Shown here: positions 18,729-28,718 of the stretch, piece by piece | How the letters are laid out: the number at the start of each line of letters is the position of its first letter | Numbering within the stretch: position 1 is the first letter of the stretch | NCBI GenBank assembly: GCA_050179935.1 | Contig: JBFXEQ010000004.1 | Coordinates: 28,432-92,431, forward strand | DNA: 64,000 bases | From: Bacteroidales bacterium | Lineage (GTDB): Bacteria; Bacteroidota; Bacteroidia; Bacteroidales; UBA12077 | Direction of reading: 5' to 3' | Position numbers and translations under genes: made by a program | Notes under the pieces: generated by a model | Told to the model about the DNA's origin: nothing | Database searches by the model: none | What the model saw: only the letters and a program-made list of their open reading frames with translations

Positions 18729-19276
18729 AAAACCTAATCCTTTTAATCCAGTTCTGCGCAATAATAGGTAGTTCGGTTTTAGCACAACAATCTGAAATAA
18801 AAACTATCCCTGTTGATTATTCATCATCGGGTAAAGCACCCATTATGTTTATTGCTGGCGACACCATAAAAATTGAGTGCGACACAGTTTTTATCATGAA
18901 TAAAGGACGTTATCAGTTTTATAAAAATATTCATTCGGCAATACAAAACGATAATGATTCAACATGCAAAAACCTGTTAAAAGCATACGAAATAAGACTT
19001 TCAGATCACGAACAATCTTATATACAGTTAGTCGAAAAAAGCCGTAATGCCGAAAAAGTAGCTCTCGAATTAGCAGCTTTTACACAACATTCGTTAGCCG
19101 AAACTCAAAAAACTTTGGTTAATACACAAAACTCATTACAAGAAACTATAAAAAACCTCGAAATAGCGAATGATCATCTAAAAAAAGAACGATGGAATTC
19201 GGCTGGTAAAAAAGTTTTGATTGGAATTGGAGGTGTTGCAGTTGGAATAATTACGGGCGTTTTGGTAGCTAAATAA
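18725..19276 (+). CDS. secreted coiled-coil protein with C-terminal TM anchor
   Basis: 183 aa. Signal peptide, coiled-coil middle, and C-terminal VLIGIGGVAVGIITGVLVAK. Confidence 0.5.
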   Translation: MKNLILLIQFCAIIGSSVLAQQSEIKTIPVDYSSSGKAPIMFIAGDTIKIECDTVFIMNKGRYQFYKNIHSAIQNDNDSTCKNLLKAYEIRLSDHEQSYIQLVEKSRNAEKVALELAAFTQHSLAETQKTLVNTQNSLQETIKNLEIANDHLKKERWNSAGKKVLIGIGGVAVGIITGVLVAK

Positions 19277-19284
19277 TTCTTAAA

Positions 19285-19310
19285 AAGCAGGAGTTTTTAA
19301 CCTCCTGCTT
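19285..19310. terminator. bidirectional terminator hairpin
   Basis: AAGCAGGAG-8 nt-CTCCTGCTT between convergent genes. Confidence 0.6.
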
Positions 19311-19315
19311 CCAGT

Positions 19316-20299
19316 TTATTGTTCAACAATATCTACTCTTCGGTTTTTCGCTTTGCCTTCTTCTGTTTTGTTTGTAGCAACCGGTGCTAAAGAAGAAACC
19401 CCATAAGATTTTAGTTGTTCTGCTTTTACTGCATATTTTTTAGTAAGTTCGTTTAATACTGCTTTTGCCCTATTTTCAGACAAGGTCATATTTGCTGCAA
19501 AATCGCCAACATTATCAGTATGGCCAACAATATAAAATTTCTTGTTTGGATTAGTATTCATGTATTCAGCAACATTTTTGATTTCAGTTTCCGATTCGGG
19601 TTTTATATCTGATTTACCTGTTTCGAAAAGAATATCGTAAATAGCAATATGTCCATCGGTTTGAATTCCTTTGGCAATGTTTTCTGCAGTTACCTTACCC
19701 GTTTCAACAAGTTGCTTTTCAATAATATCCTGAGTAATTAATGTATATTCATCTGAGACGACCGTATAAATAATGGCATATATTTCTTTACCATCTTTAT
19801 TTCCCTTTGCTGCAATAAACGAATGATCATTCTTCCAGATAGGAAAACCAATGCCTAATCCAAACTTGTCATTGCCTAAACCATCATTACCGTATAATCC
19901 TGTTTGGTAATATTTATCCTTCCAGCTATGCGGCCTATCGCTAAAACCCAGTTCATTAGTTGCTATGGCAATTAAAACAGTAAATCCGGATGCTTTAAAT
20001 GCTGCTTTGTAATTTTGCATCACGTATTCTGAGTTATTATCCTTAGAAACAGAATATTGTATTCTGATAACTTTACCTTCAATTACTTGTGGCTGATTCC
20101 AGTCAATAATTCCTTTTTCATTTAAAGGCAATTTGTAAGAACCCCATTTTGTTTCTTTATAAAATTCGATAATTGAACCTTCGAAACGGCTTATGAGAGG
20201 ATAATCCTTGCTGTTTTCAATGTCACTTGTACGTTGTGCATAAATTGGTGTTGAAATTAATAAAAGCCCAATTATGCAGATCATAATTAGTTTTTTCAT
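19316..20299 (-). CDS. OmpA-family peptidoglycan-associated protein with DUF4892-like N-terminal domain
   Basis: 327 aa. Signal peptide. C-terminal OmpA_C motif IVGHTDNVGDFAANMTLSENRAKAV...NRRVDIV. Confidence 0.8.
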   Translation of the reverse strand: MKKLIMICIIGLLLISTPIYAQRTSDIENSKDYPLISRFEGSIIEFYKETKWGSYKLPLNEKGIIDWNQPQVIEGKVIRIQYSVSKDNNSEYVMQNYKAAFKASGFTVLIAIATNELGFSDRPHSWKDKYYQTGLYGNDGLGNDKFGLGIGFPIWKNDHSFIAAKGNKDGKEIYAIIYTVVSDEYTLITQDIIEKQLVETGKVTAENIAKGIQTDGHIAIYDILFETGKSDIKPESETEIKNVAEYMNTNPNKKFYIVGHTDNVGDFAANMTLSENRAKAVLNELTKKYAVKAEQLKSYGVSSLAPVATNKTEEGKAKNRRVDIVEQ

Positions 20300-20592
20300 T
20301 TTCTTTTACTTTTATGTTATTAATCACGTTAATATCAAGTATTACAAGACTTGCACTAAAAGCTACTCATTTAAAGATGTTGAATTATGGAAATCAACAA
20401 GTTAAGTAAAAGAGAAAGAATAATCAAGATATTGCAAATTAATCTATAGCAGATAATATTAAAAGATTTTTATATCAATCCATTTTCAAAAATTAACACA
20501 TATTTTTTTCTCCAATAATTAAATGAAATGAAACAAATAATAAGAATCAGAGAATTGAAACCTGCTTTATTATATGCTATTCTCAATATTCG

Positions 20593-20600
20593 TATATTTG
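20593..20600 (+). promoter_or_regulatory. TAnnTTTG -7 box
   Basis: TATATTTG inside the long form of ORF 20528. This argues for the ATG at 20660 as the start. Confidence 0.3.
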
Positions 20601-20659
20601 TTTTAACAAAAACAGTTCTTTTTTGTCATAATAATTATTATCAAAATAAATACAACAAA

Positions 20660-21022
20660 ATGATTAAATACATTACTATTCCATCAAGAATAAAAGCCGT
20701 TGGCACAAAAGAAAAAATAATTGATGAGTATTTCGGCAGAGTTAATTCTCAATCAAATGAAGTAAGCATTGCTAAAATGATAAGTCCCGAAGGATGGGAA
20801 GAACCAGGTCAAACTCCAGAATTTAATGAGTACACAGTAGTTCTTAAAGGAAAACTAAAAGTCAAAACAAAAACAAAAGAATATGTAATTGAAGCCGGAC
20901 AGGCTATATTGGTTGAAAAAAACGAATGGATACAGTACAGCTCTCCATTTAAAGGCGGAGCCGAATATATTGCCGTTTGTTTACCTGCATTTTCGGCCGG
21001 AACAGTTAACCGAGATGAGTAA
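20660..21022 (+). CDS. small cupin-fold protein
   Basis: 120 aa from MIKYITIPSR. Beta-barrel-like EYTVVLKGKLKV...GQAILVEKNEWIQY. The 44-aa N-terminal extension in the track looks non-coding. Confidence 0.55.
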   Translation: MIKYITIPSRIKAVGTKEKIIDEYFGRVNSQSNEVSIAKMISPEGWEEPGQTPEFNEYTVVLKGKLKVKTKTKEYVIEAGQAILVEKNEWIQYSSPFKGGAEYIAVCLPAFSAGTVNRDE

Positions 21023-21111
21023 GAAAATGGTGATCCGTGATCGGTGATGGAATTTTAGTGATTTAATATACCTTATACCACAACATATACCTCAAACTAA
21101 AATTGATTATT

Positions 21112-22338
21112 ATGAAAAATATATTGATTTTACTCGCACTCATTTTTTTTGGATTTTGTAGCACCGAAAACGATAATCCAAAATACACAATTGATTTTAC
21201 TTTTGAGTCTTTTGCTGATTTTAAGGCCGAGCTTACTAAAATTGCTTTAATAGAATCAGAAACTGAAAGAAATTTATTAATCACGCAATTTTGGGATACG
21301 TTGAAAAACCGCAATCAAATACCATTCATTTTTGGCGATTCTGTTGCATTTCTTTATAAAGGTGAGGCTAGTATAGTGAGTTGGGCGGGTGATTTTAATG
21401 GATGGTGGGAAGCTGCTATAGGTTACGAGGGAGTCCAAATTGGATTAAGCAATATATGGATTAACGAACAAAAATTCCCTTCCAATGCTCGCCTCGACTA
21501 TAAGATTATAGTGAACGGCAACTGGATTCTTGATCCGGCAAACCCATACATACAAATGAGTGGTTTTGGGCCAAACTCAGAATTACGAATGCCCGACTGG
21601 GTATTTCCTCAGGAAACAGTTTTGCTACAAGGTATAACCCGAGGAACATTAAGCGAAAACTTAATTATTCAAAGCAATGCATCAAACCTAAATTATTCGG
21701 TTCAATATAAAGTTTATACTCCATACGGTTACACCGAATTAAGTAATTTGCCAGTAATTTATGTTACCGATGGTCACGAATATGCTGATGATGCCAAAGG
21801 ATCAATGATTATAGTCTTAGATAATCTTATTTTTTCAGGACAAATAAATCCTGTAATTGCTGTGTTTATTGATCCTCGAAATCCTTCGGATTTATCGCAA
21901 AACAGGCGATCAGATGAATACAGGGCAAATATAAAATTTGCCATTTTTGTTGCTGATGAGCTTGTACCGGTGATTGATTCGAATTACAAAACTGATACAA
22001 CAGCCGATGCACGAGCAATACTTGGAACTTCGCTTGGCGGTTGGAACTCCGCTTACTTTGGTTATATTCGCAGCGATAAATTTCAATTAATAGGAATCCA
22101 TTCACCTGCTTTTGATGATGCAATAATACAGAATTACAATAATTCTGCCCTAATACCTTTAAAGATTTATATGAGTACAGGTGTAATATACGACACGCAA
22201 GATAGAGCCCGAGCCATGAAAACAATTATGAACGACAAAGGTTATCCTTTAATGTATAAGGAAGTAAACGAAGGCCATTCGTGGGGCAACTGGCGCGCCC
22301 TGATTGATGAACCGCTTATTTATTTTTTTGGTAATTAA
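21112..22338 (+). CDS. esterase-D/enterochelin-esterase-family alpha/beta hydrolase lipoprotein with E-set N-terminal domain
   Basis: Lipoprotein signal ending GFCS. Nucleophile elbow GTSLGG. C-terminal EGHSWGNW. Confidence 0.7.
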   Translation: MKNILILLALIFFGFCSTENDNPKYTIDFTFESFADFKAELTKIALIESETERNLLITQFWDTLKNRNQIPFIFGDSVAFLYKGEASIVSWAGDFNGWWEAAIGYEGVQIGLSNIWINEQKFPSNARLDYKIIVNGNWILDPANPYIQMSGFGPNSELRMPDWVFPQETVLLQGITRGTLSENLIIQSNASNLNYSVQYKVYTPYGYTELSNLPVIYVTDGHEYADDAKGSMIIVLDNLIFSGQINPVIAVFIDPRNPSDLSQNRRSDEYRANIKFAIFVADELVPVIDSNYKTDTTADARAILGTSLGGWNSAYFGYIRSDKFQLIGIHSPAFDDAIIQNYNNSALIPLKIYMSTGVIYDTQDRARAMKTIMNDKGYPLMYKEVNEGHSWGNWRALIDEPLIYFFGN

Positions 22339-25300
22339 CTAAAACCGAATACCAATAACCAAGATATCATCCAATTGAAACTCATTGCCTTTCCAATGGT
22401 CAAATGTTTTTTCAACAATCTGGCCTTGTTCTTCCATTGGTTTGGCAGCAATTTCTGTAAATAATTTCTTCATGCCAGAACTCTTGAACTTGGTAACTGT
22501 TGGTCCACCAAATTGATCGGCATATCCATCTGAAAAAATATAAATCACATTACCAGGTTCTATTTTTATTTCATAATTTGTAAAATTCTCCTTTTCAACA
22601 TGATAAATACCTATTGGCATTCGATCAGCTTTAAACTCCTCTAAAACATTATTTTTTACCAGATACAACGAATTGTATGCTCCGGAGAATTCTAGTGTCA
22701 TTTTATTCTTATGCCAGATACATAAAGCGATATCCATTCCATCTTTTGCTTCGCCTTCTTTGCCTGTTTGATGCAAAGAAAATTTAATTTTCTCGCGCAA
22801 CAAGCTTAAAACCTGATTTGCATTAAGATTATTGGTTGTATATCGTATTATTTCGTTAAGTGCTGAAATGCCTAACATACTCATAAAAGCTCCCGGCACT
22901 CCATGTCCTGTACAATCGGCTGCAGCAAAGAACACTCTATCGTGGTCTTCGGCGATCCAGTAAAAATCGCCACTAACAATATCACGAGGGCGATAAAAAA
23001 TAAAATGATCGGCAAATGTTCTTTCAAAATGATCGCGCAGCGGAAGCATTGCTCTTTGTATTCGACTTGCGTATGTTATGCTATCAGTAATTTCTTCTTT
23101 CTGCCTTAAAATCTCGTCTCTGTTTTTAGCGAGCTCATCCCGCTGATTTTCAATCTCTTCTTTTTGCTCCTGAATCTCAATAGTGCGTTCTTTTACTTTT
23201 TGCTCCAGAACATTTTTATCATGTTGCAACTTTCTTTCACGTACTTTTGATACAATATAAAACAATGCCAACACCGCCAATGCAATTATCATGTAAAACC
23301 AAATGCTCTGAATAAACGGAGCTTTCAATGTAAAATCGAGACTTCGCTCATCGCTCATATTACCCCACAAATCCTTTGCACGAACACTTATCGAATAATC
23401 TCCGGGTTTTACAATAAGGCTTATATTAGTGCTTGTTGACCATTTAGACCAGTCGCTCATTAAGCCATCAACAAAATACTGGTACTGGGTTGAATTTTGC
23501 TTAACATAGTACGGAGCTACTATATTAAAATAAACAGCATTATTTTCGGCATCGAAAACCAAATCAGATAATTCGAAAGACAATCCTTCCTCATTAGTAA
23601 TTTGCTTAAAATAAACAGTAAAATCAGTATTTGCTTTTTCGGAAGCTTTTGAGATTTTAAATAACTGATTATTCTCTGCAATAACCCATAAATTATTATC
23701 TGAATCAGCATAAATATAGGTTATATCAGTAAATATTTTTAGAAAAACATTTTCACTCTCGTCCCATTTATTCTCATCAGAAAGGCAAACCCATTCGTTA
23801 TTCTGTTTTATCCAAGGCAATCCATATTGAGCCAGAATAAAATGTATTCTTGAATCGTTTTGCCATAGATCAGGTTTATAAGGTAAAAAACTATCCGAAG
23901 AGATAGCATGGTAATACAACCCTGACTCAAGAAACAAAACTATCTGATTATTAACACTCTGCATATAATATCGTTCGGGAAATGGAGTTTCGATGGTATA
24001 AGTTTTTAACGCTTTAGGTTCTGATTTATCATCTAGCAAAAACGAATACACAGCATTATCGCCGCCTAGCCATAAATGATAATCATCGGTTAAAGCAATA
24101 GAATAAATAGGTTCAGTAAAATCGATAAAATTATAAACAGGCACCCAATTGTTTTTATCAATTTTTATCGAAAAAACACCTTTATTGGTAGCTACGAGAT
24201 ACAAATTATTTGCAGTTTCTCTGCTGATCTGATTTATGTAACTGTTTTTAACTATTGGTTCAGCTTTATGGTTTGTGACTTGAAATAATCCACTATTGGT
24301 AGCAGCCAATATTCCGTAATCGGTAGAAATAAGTTGTTTTGTCTTTTCATTTATTCCATCAACTTTTTTAAATAAATAATTTATTGATTTTAATGTTGAT
24401 ACTGTTTTTTTTGTGTATTGTGGTTGAGTTTGAATTATTTTATTGGTTGGTGCTATCGTTTCGGCAGTATTTGTATCTTCGGATTTAGATTTTTCTGATG
24501 AACTTTCTTTTTTACCAAAAAGCCTTGAAAAAAGTTTTTTTGATGATTTTTGTTCATCAGTTTTTGCATTTATCCCTGTCTCATCAGTTGACTGTGTTGG
24601 AATAATACGAATTTTTTCTTCAACCGGTTTATTTTTAACAAGTACTTGAATATCGGCATAATCTCTTACCTGGGTTAAATAAAATAACCCATCGCTGGTA
24701 GCCACATATAATTCGTTATTATGCCAGAGTGTTGTAATTAAATTACCCTTTAGGCCGGGATAGGTAGTAAAATTCTGTATTGGTAATCGCAGATCTATTC
24801 GGCTTACTCCATACTGATGAGCTACCCACAATCCATTATTATTATCTAAAGCAAACGAATAGATCTCATCATCGGGTAATCCATTCTGATAATTAATGGT
24901 ATATACAATTTTTCCTGAATTTTTACTTACAATCTCAACACCACCAATTAGAGTGGCAAAGGCGTACAAACTATCGGATATAACTAATCCTTCGGAAAGA
25001 ATACTTCCACTAAGGTAACCATCATCATTAATGGTGTAATCGTAATATTTAATACCATCAAAAAGAAAGAGTTTATTTTCATCGGTACCCACCAAAACCT
25101 TTTCCTTATTGTATGGTAGCATAAAAAGGATTTCGTTTTTTTGAGTTAGATAACCGGTAACAATAGGAAAAAGAGTATCACTTTCAATTCGGTACAATCC
25201 TTTATCATAAACATTTATAAATGTATTTTTGGGAGTTAAAAATAATCCGGTAAATGGATTACTCATCTTAGCATACCATCTCAGAGATTTTTCAGGTTCA

Positions 25301-25767
25301 TCTAACTGATATCGGGTTATAGAATTTTCTCCATAAAAAAAGATCGTTGAACCCGAAAATATAATTTTTGTAATTACCCCTATATCAGCAGTATCTTTTG
25401 AGAGTGAAATATATTGATAAAAACCTTTCGAGTCCTTTTGAAGATATCCATAGTTATTGTTAGTTCCTACGTAAACAATATCGTTAAATGGATTTTTACG
25501 AACCACAAAAGGAATATATGGTAATTTAATAATATCCCAATTACTGCCATCGAAAATAATTATGCCCCTGCGGTTTGCAAACAGCATATTGTTTTCTTTG
25601 TCCTGACAAATTGACCAGTTTTGATTTTCTATCTCCCTGATTTCTTTGTAATGAGTAATATATGGCGTTCCGTTTTGAGCAAAAGCATATCCATAACCCA
25701 TTAAAGATAAAAGGAGAATAAATTTATAGATTTTCTTTGCTAACATATCCTTGGTATTAGAGGGCAT
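22339..25767 (-). CDS. periplasmic beta-propeller (Reg_prop)/YYY sensor fused through one TM and a coiled coil to a PP2C (SpoIIE-type) phosphatase
   Basis: 1142 aa. Signal peptide, long repeat-rich ectodomain, TM IWFYMIIALAVLALFYIV and coiled coil. The PP2C part has YASRIQRAMLP, SGDFYWI, ADCTGHGVPGA, SDGYADQFGG and DDILVIG. Confidence 0.8.
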   Translation of the reverse strand: MPSNTKDMLAKKIYKFILLLSLMGYGYAFAQNGTPYITHYKEIREIENQNWSICQDKENNMLFANRRGIIIFDGSNWDIIKLPYIPFVVRKNPFNDIVYVGTNNNYGYLQKDSKGFYQYISLSKDTADIGVITKIIFSGSTIFFYGENSITRYQLDEPEKSLRWYAKMSNPFTGLFLTPKNTFINVYDKGLYRIESDTLFPIVTGYLTQKNEILFMLPYNKEKVLVGTDENKLFLFDGIKYYDYTINDDGYLSGSILSEGLVISDSLYAFATLIGGVEIVSKNSGKIVYTINYQNGLPDDEIYSFALDNNNGLWVAHQYGVSRIDLRLPIQNFTTYPGLKGNLITTLWHNNELYVATSDGLFYLTQVRDYADIQVLVKNKPVEEKIRIIPTQSTDETGINAKTDEQKSSKKLFSRLFGKKESSSEKSKSEDTNTAETIAPTNKIIQTQPQYTKKTVSTLKSINYLFKKVDGINEKTKQLISTDYGILAATNSGLFQVTNHKAEPIVKNSYINQISRETANNLYLVATNKGVFSIKIDKNNWVPVYNFIDFTEPIYSIALTDDYHLWLGGDNAVYSFLLDDKSEPKALKTYTIETPFPERYYMQSVNNQIVLFLESGLYYHAISSDSFLPYKPDLWQNDSRIHFILAQYGLPWIKQNNEWVCLSDENKWDESENVFLKIFTDITYIYADSDNNLWVIAENNQLFKISKASEKANTDFTVYFKQITNEEGLSFELSDLVFDAENNAVYFNIVAPYYVKQNSTQYQYFVDGLMSDWSKWSTSTNISLIVKPGDYSISVRAKDLWGNMSDERSLDFTLKAPFIQSIWFYMIIALAVLALFYIVSKVRERKLQHDKNVLEQKVKERTIEIQEQKEEIENQRDELAKNRDEILRQKEEITDSITYASRIQRAMLPLRDHFERTFADHFIFYRPRDIVSGDFYWIAEDHDRVFFAAADCTGHGVPGAFMSMLGISALNEIIRYTTNNLNANQVLSLLREKIKFSLHQTGKEGEAKDGMDIALCIWHKNKMTLEFSGAYNSLYLVKNNVLEEFKADRMPIGIYHVEKENFTNYEIKIEPGNVIYIFSDGYADQFGGPTVTKFKSSGMKKLFTEIAAKPMEEQGQIVEKTFDHWKGNEFQLDDILVIGIRF

Positions 25768-25792
25768 AAGTTAATAAAAAAAATGAAGTAAT

Positions 25793-25831
25793 AACCGCTA
25801 AATCGTCAAAATTTATAACGATTTAGCGGTT
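25793..25831 (-). terminator. hairpin downstream of the acyl-CoA ligase gene
   Basis: AACCGCTAAATCG-13 nt-CGATTTAGCGGTT: perfect 13-bp stem. A T-run follows on the minus strand after a short gap. Confidence 0.55.
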
Positions 25832-25848
25832 TAATCTATCAAGTAAAC

Positions 25849-27750
25849 TTAAAATTTACTTACAATATTTTTATTTTGATGATTAGTTATAATTTTTCCA
25901 TCGGGCTGATAAAGATATTCTATTCTCAACTTATAATACTCAACAATTTTACCACGAACCATTTTGAGTGTACTGTTAATCATTTTATTTTCTTCGGTAA
26001 ATGGCTCACCTAAAACCGCCACTGCTGTAGGCAACCATCTTTCGGAAAACATTCCTTCAAACTTCCCTCCTTTTTTGTATTCATCTATTTCTGATTGGAT
26101 TTTGATTAGAGCGAGTTCCTGCCCTTTTTCAGTTTCAAAATCGGTATTGTTTTCAGTTAGATATTTTCGCAAAGCCTCTTTATTCGGAACAATTAGTCCA
26201 ACAGTATATGGGTTTTGATTATTATACAGCATACACTGATCAATATACTTCGATTGCTGAACAAAAGCTTCTTCAATCGATTCAGGACTATATTTTTCGC
26301 CATCGTTAGCAATTAACAAACTTTTAAATCGACCTAGCACATATAAAAATCCATCCTTATCCATATAACCCATATCGCCTGTATATAACCAACCATCTTT
26401 AATTGTTTCCTGGGTTGCTTTTTCGTTTCTCCAATATCCAATCATTACATTTTCGCCTTTAACAATAATTTCACCTTTTTCGCCAACAGGCAATTGGTTT
26501 CCTTTATCATCGATAATTTTCAATTCCAGGTTCTTTACCAGATACCCCGATGATCCGAGCTTATGCTTTGTTTTTGAGTTAGACGAAATGATTGGAGCAG
26601 CTTCTGATAATCCATAACCCTGAAACATAGGCATTCCTATAGCATAAAAAAAGCGTTGCAATTCAATGTCGAGTAAAGCTCCTCCGCCAATAAAAAAATC
26701 GAGCTCACCACCAAAACTAGCACGTATTTTAGAGAATAAAACCTTATCAAACAATTTAAGAATTGGTTTTTTAATTACATGTAATCCTTTGCCTTTTTTA
26801 AACCCGTTTTTGTTATAGCTATAAGCCATTTTTAAAGCTGTCCTGAATAATTTTTCTACTTTAGGCCCTTTATCCTGAATGCCTTTTTCGATATTCTTTC
26901 TGAAGTTATTGGCCAATGAAGGAACGCTCAGCAAAATGTTCGGTTTTATCTCTTTAATATTAATCGGTATATTTTTAAGCGTTTCTAAACCCGTTTTACC
27001 CGACTGAATAAACGCAATGCTTGCACCGTAAGCTATAAAACTATAGATACCTGCTGTATGCGCAAAGCTATGATCCAAGGGTAATATTAGTAAAGTTTTA
27101 TAATGCTCAGGAATAAACATCAGGCTGCAAGCCTGCTCAACATTGGCTGTGTAGTTTCGATGCGAAAGCATAATTCCTTTTGGATCAGCCGTTGTTCCCG
27201 ATGTGTAACTAATATTCGCCAAATCATTAGGCTTTACACTTGCTATTGCAACTTCAATATCTTTGCTATTTGTTTTTTCAAAATTTTCACCTAATCTAAA
27301 AACCTCATCGATTGAAATTTCATCTTGTTCATATTTCTCTTGTGGATCAAGATAAATAATCATTTCGAGCTCAGGTAAATTATCTTTAATTTGTTTAATC
27401 TTTTTTGCCTGTCCTCCCGAAACAAAAATCATTTTTGTACCCGAATGTTCTAACCTGAATTTAAGCTCTGTAGCAGCATCAAGCTTAACCGAAAGAGGAA
27501 CGTTAACTGCTCCAGTATATAAAATTGCCAATTCGCTTATTACCCAATAGTTTCTGCCTTCGGAAAGCAATGCTATACGATCGCCTTTTTTAATTTTAAG
27601 ATTTAATAAGCCCGCAGCCAGTAACCTTACTTTCTCACGAGTATCACGGTAATTAGTGGACTCATAAGTATCAATCTTTTTTTCCCAAAGCAGCGGATTT
27701 GATCCATATTTACTAACATTCTGTTCAAAAAGTTCAATAATTGTTGTCAT
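25849..27750 (-). CDS. AMP-dependent long-chain fatty-acid--CoA ligase
   Basis: 633 aa. AMP-binding motif YTSGTTADPKG and GWLYTGDMG. Confidence 0.8.
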   Translation of the reverse strand: MTTIIELFEQNVSKYGSNPLLWEKKIDTYESTNYRDTREKVRLLAAGLLNLKIKKGDRIALLSEGRNYWVISELAILYTGAVNVPLSVKLDAATELKFRLEHSGTKMIFVSGGQAKKIKQIKDNLPELEMIIYLDPQEKYEQDEISIDEVFRLGENFEKTNSKDIEVAIASVKPNDLANISYTSGTTADPKGIMLSHRNYTANVEQACSLMFIPEHYKTLLILPLDHSFAHTAGIYSFIAYGASIAFIQSGKTGLETLKNIPINIKEIKPNILLSVPSLANNFRKNIEKGIQDKGPKVEKLFRTALKMAYSYNKNGFKKGKGLHVIKKPILKLFDKVLFSKIRASFGGELDFFIGGGALLDIELQRFFYAIGMPMFQGYGLSEAAPIISSNSKTKHKLGSSGYLVKNLELKIIDDKGNQLPVGEKGEIIVKGENVMIGYWRNEKATQETIKDGWLYTGDMGYMDKDGFLYVLGRFKSLLIANDGEKYSPESIEEAFVQQSKYIDQCMLYNNQNPYTVGLIVPNKEALRKYLTENNTDFETEKGQELALIKIQSEIDEYKKGGKFEGMFSERWLPTAVAVLGEPFTEENKMINSTLKMVRGKIVEYYKLRIEYLYQPDGKIITNHQNKNIVSKF

Positions 27751-28036
27751 AATTCAGGTTCTTTAATTGAACGTACAATTTATAAAAAATCAAATTAATT
27801 TGGCCATTTGATCAAGTCAATTTACAAACCATTGGTTTAATCATAGATTTTTTAAACGTCAATCAGCTTATTGTATTGATAAACAGAATATTAAAAAATC
27901 ACTTAAAATAATAATTACGTGATAGATCATTGCAGATAAATAAGTTATTAACAATTGACAATACTTTTCTTTAATTAATCATTGGATTTTGTTCAGAATT
28001 ATTAGTTTTATTTTGATTATCAACTTATTTTTTATA

Positions 28037-28044
28037 TATCTTTG
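28037..28044 (+). promoter_or_regulatory. TAnnTTTG -7 box
   Basis: TATCTTTG, 40 nt upstream of the ATG at 28084. Confidence 0.3.
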
Positions 28045-28083
28045 TTATAATTGACATTGCAAACCCTAAAAATTCATGATATT

Positions 28084-28539
28084 ATGAAAAAAATCGCATT
28101 CGTTTTAGCAATTTTAGTACTTCTTTCGTCAGGATGTAACATGTTTGGAAAGAAGAAAAAAGCACAAGAAAAAGCTCGCATTGAACAACTTCGAAAAGAT
28201 AGTTTAGCAAAAGCGCAGAAAGCTGCCAAAGCTTTAGAACTTAAAAAAGTAGAAGAAGAACAAGCTAAACAGGAAGCTATTCGTAAAGCAGAAGAAGAGC
28301 GTCAACGACTTTACAAATTTCATGTTATCGTTGGAAGTTTTAAAACCCCAAAATATGCTGCTGCTTACAAAGATTTTATTGGCCAAAAAGGATATCAGAC
28401 TGAAATTTTAGTTAACAGCTATAAATTCGAGATGATAAGTATTGGTGCCTATAAAACATGGGGCGAAGCTGTAAAAGATCTTCAAAAAGCACGCGAAGCT
28501 GTTGAGGCTACATCCTGGATCTATATAAAAGGTCAATAA
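28084..28539 (+). CDS. SPOR-domain lipoprotein
   Basis: MKKIAFVLAILVLLSSGC signal, a Lys/Glu/Ala-rich linker, and C-terminal SPOR-like FHVIVGSFKTPKYAAAYKDF...ISIGAYKTWGEA. Start moved from the TTG at 28051. Confidence 0.7.
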   Translation: MKKIAFVLAILVLLSSGCNMFGKKKKAQEKARIEQLRKDSLAKAQKAAKALELKKVEEEQAKQEAIRKAEEERQRLYKFHVIVGSFKTPKYAAAYKDFIGQKGYQTEILVNSYKFEMISIGAYKTWGEAVKDLQKAREAVEATSWIYIKGQ

Positions 28540-28560
28540 AATCAATCGAATAATATATTG

Positions 28561-28588
28561 AAGCCGGTATACTTTACCGGCTTTTTTT
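28561..28588 (+). terminator. rho-independent terminator
   Basis: AAGCCGGTA-loop-TACCGGCTT followed by TTTTT. Confidence 0.7.
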
Positions 28589-28718
28589 ATTAGTTCTTTT
28601 CAAACATGCAAAATAGTTTACAATTATTAATGAGGATTTACGTTAAAATATTTTTTATAAACAAGTAATATTTTAAATTCGCATGATTATAAAATTTCAT
28701 AACCTAAAATAATAACTT

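Noticed and set aside
20528-20659. Long N-terminal extensions of several track ORFs (20528, 15672, 28051, 21103, 16927, 34512, 56653, 63322)
   Set aside because: The extensions begin at TTG or other alternative starts, or have low-complexity hydrophobic or Asn/Tyr-rich composition. They precede an ATG that gives a family-typical N-terminus or signal peptide. In two cases a TAnnTTTG box lies inside the extension.
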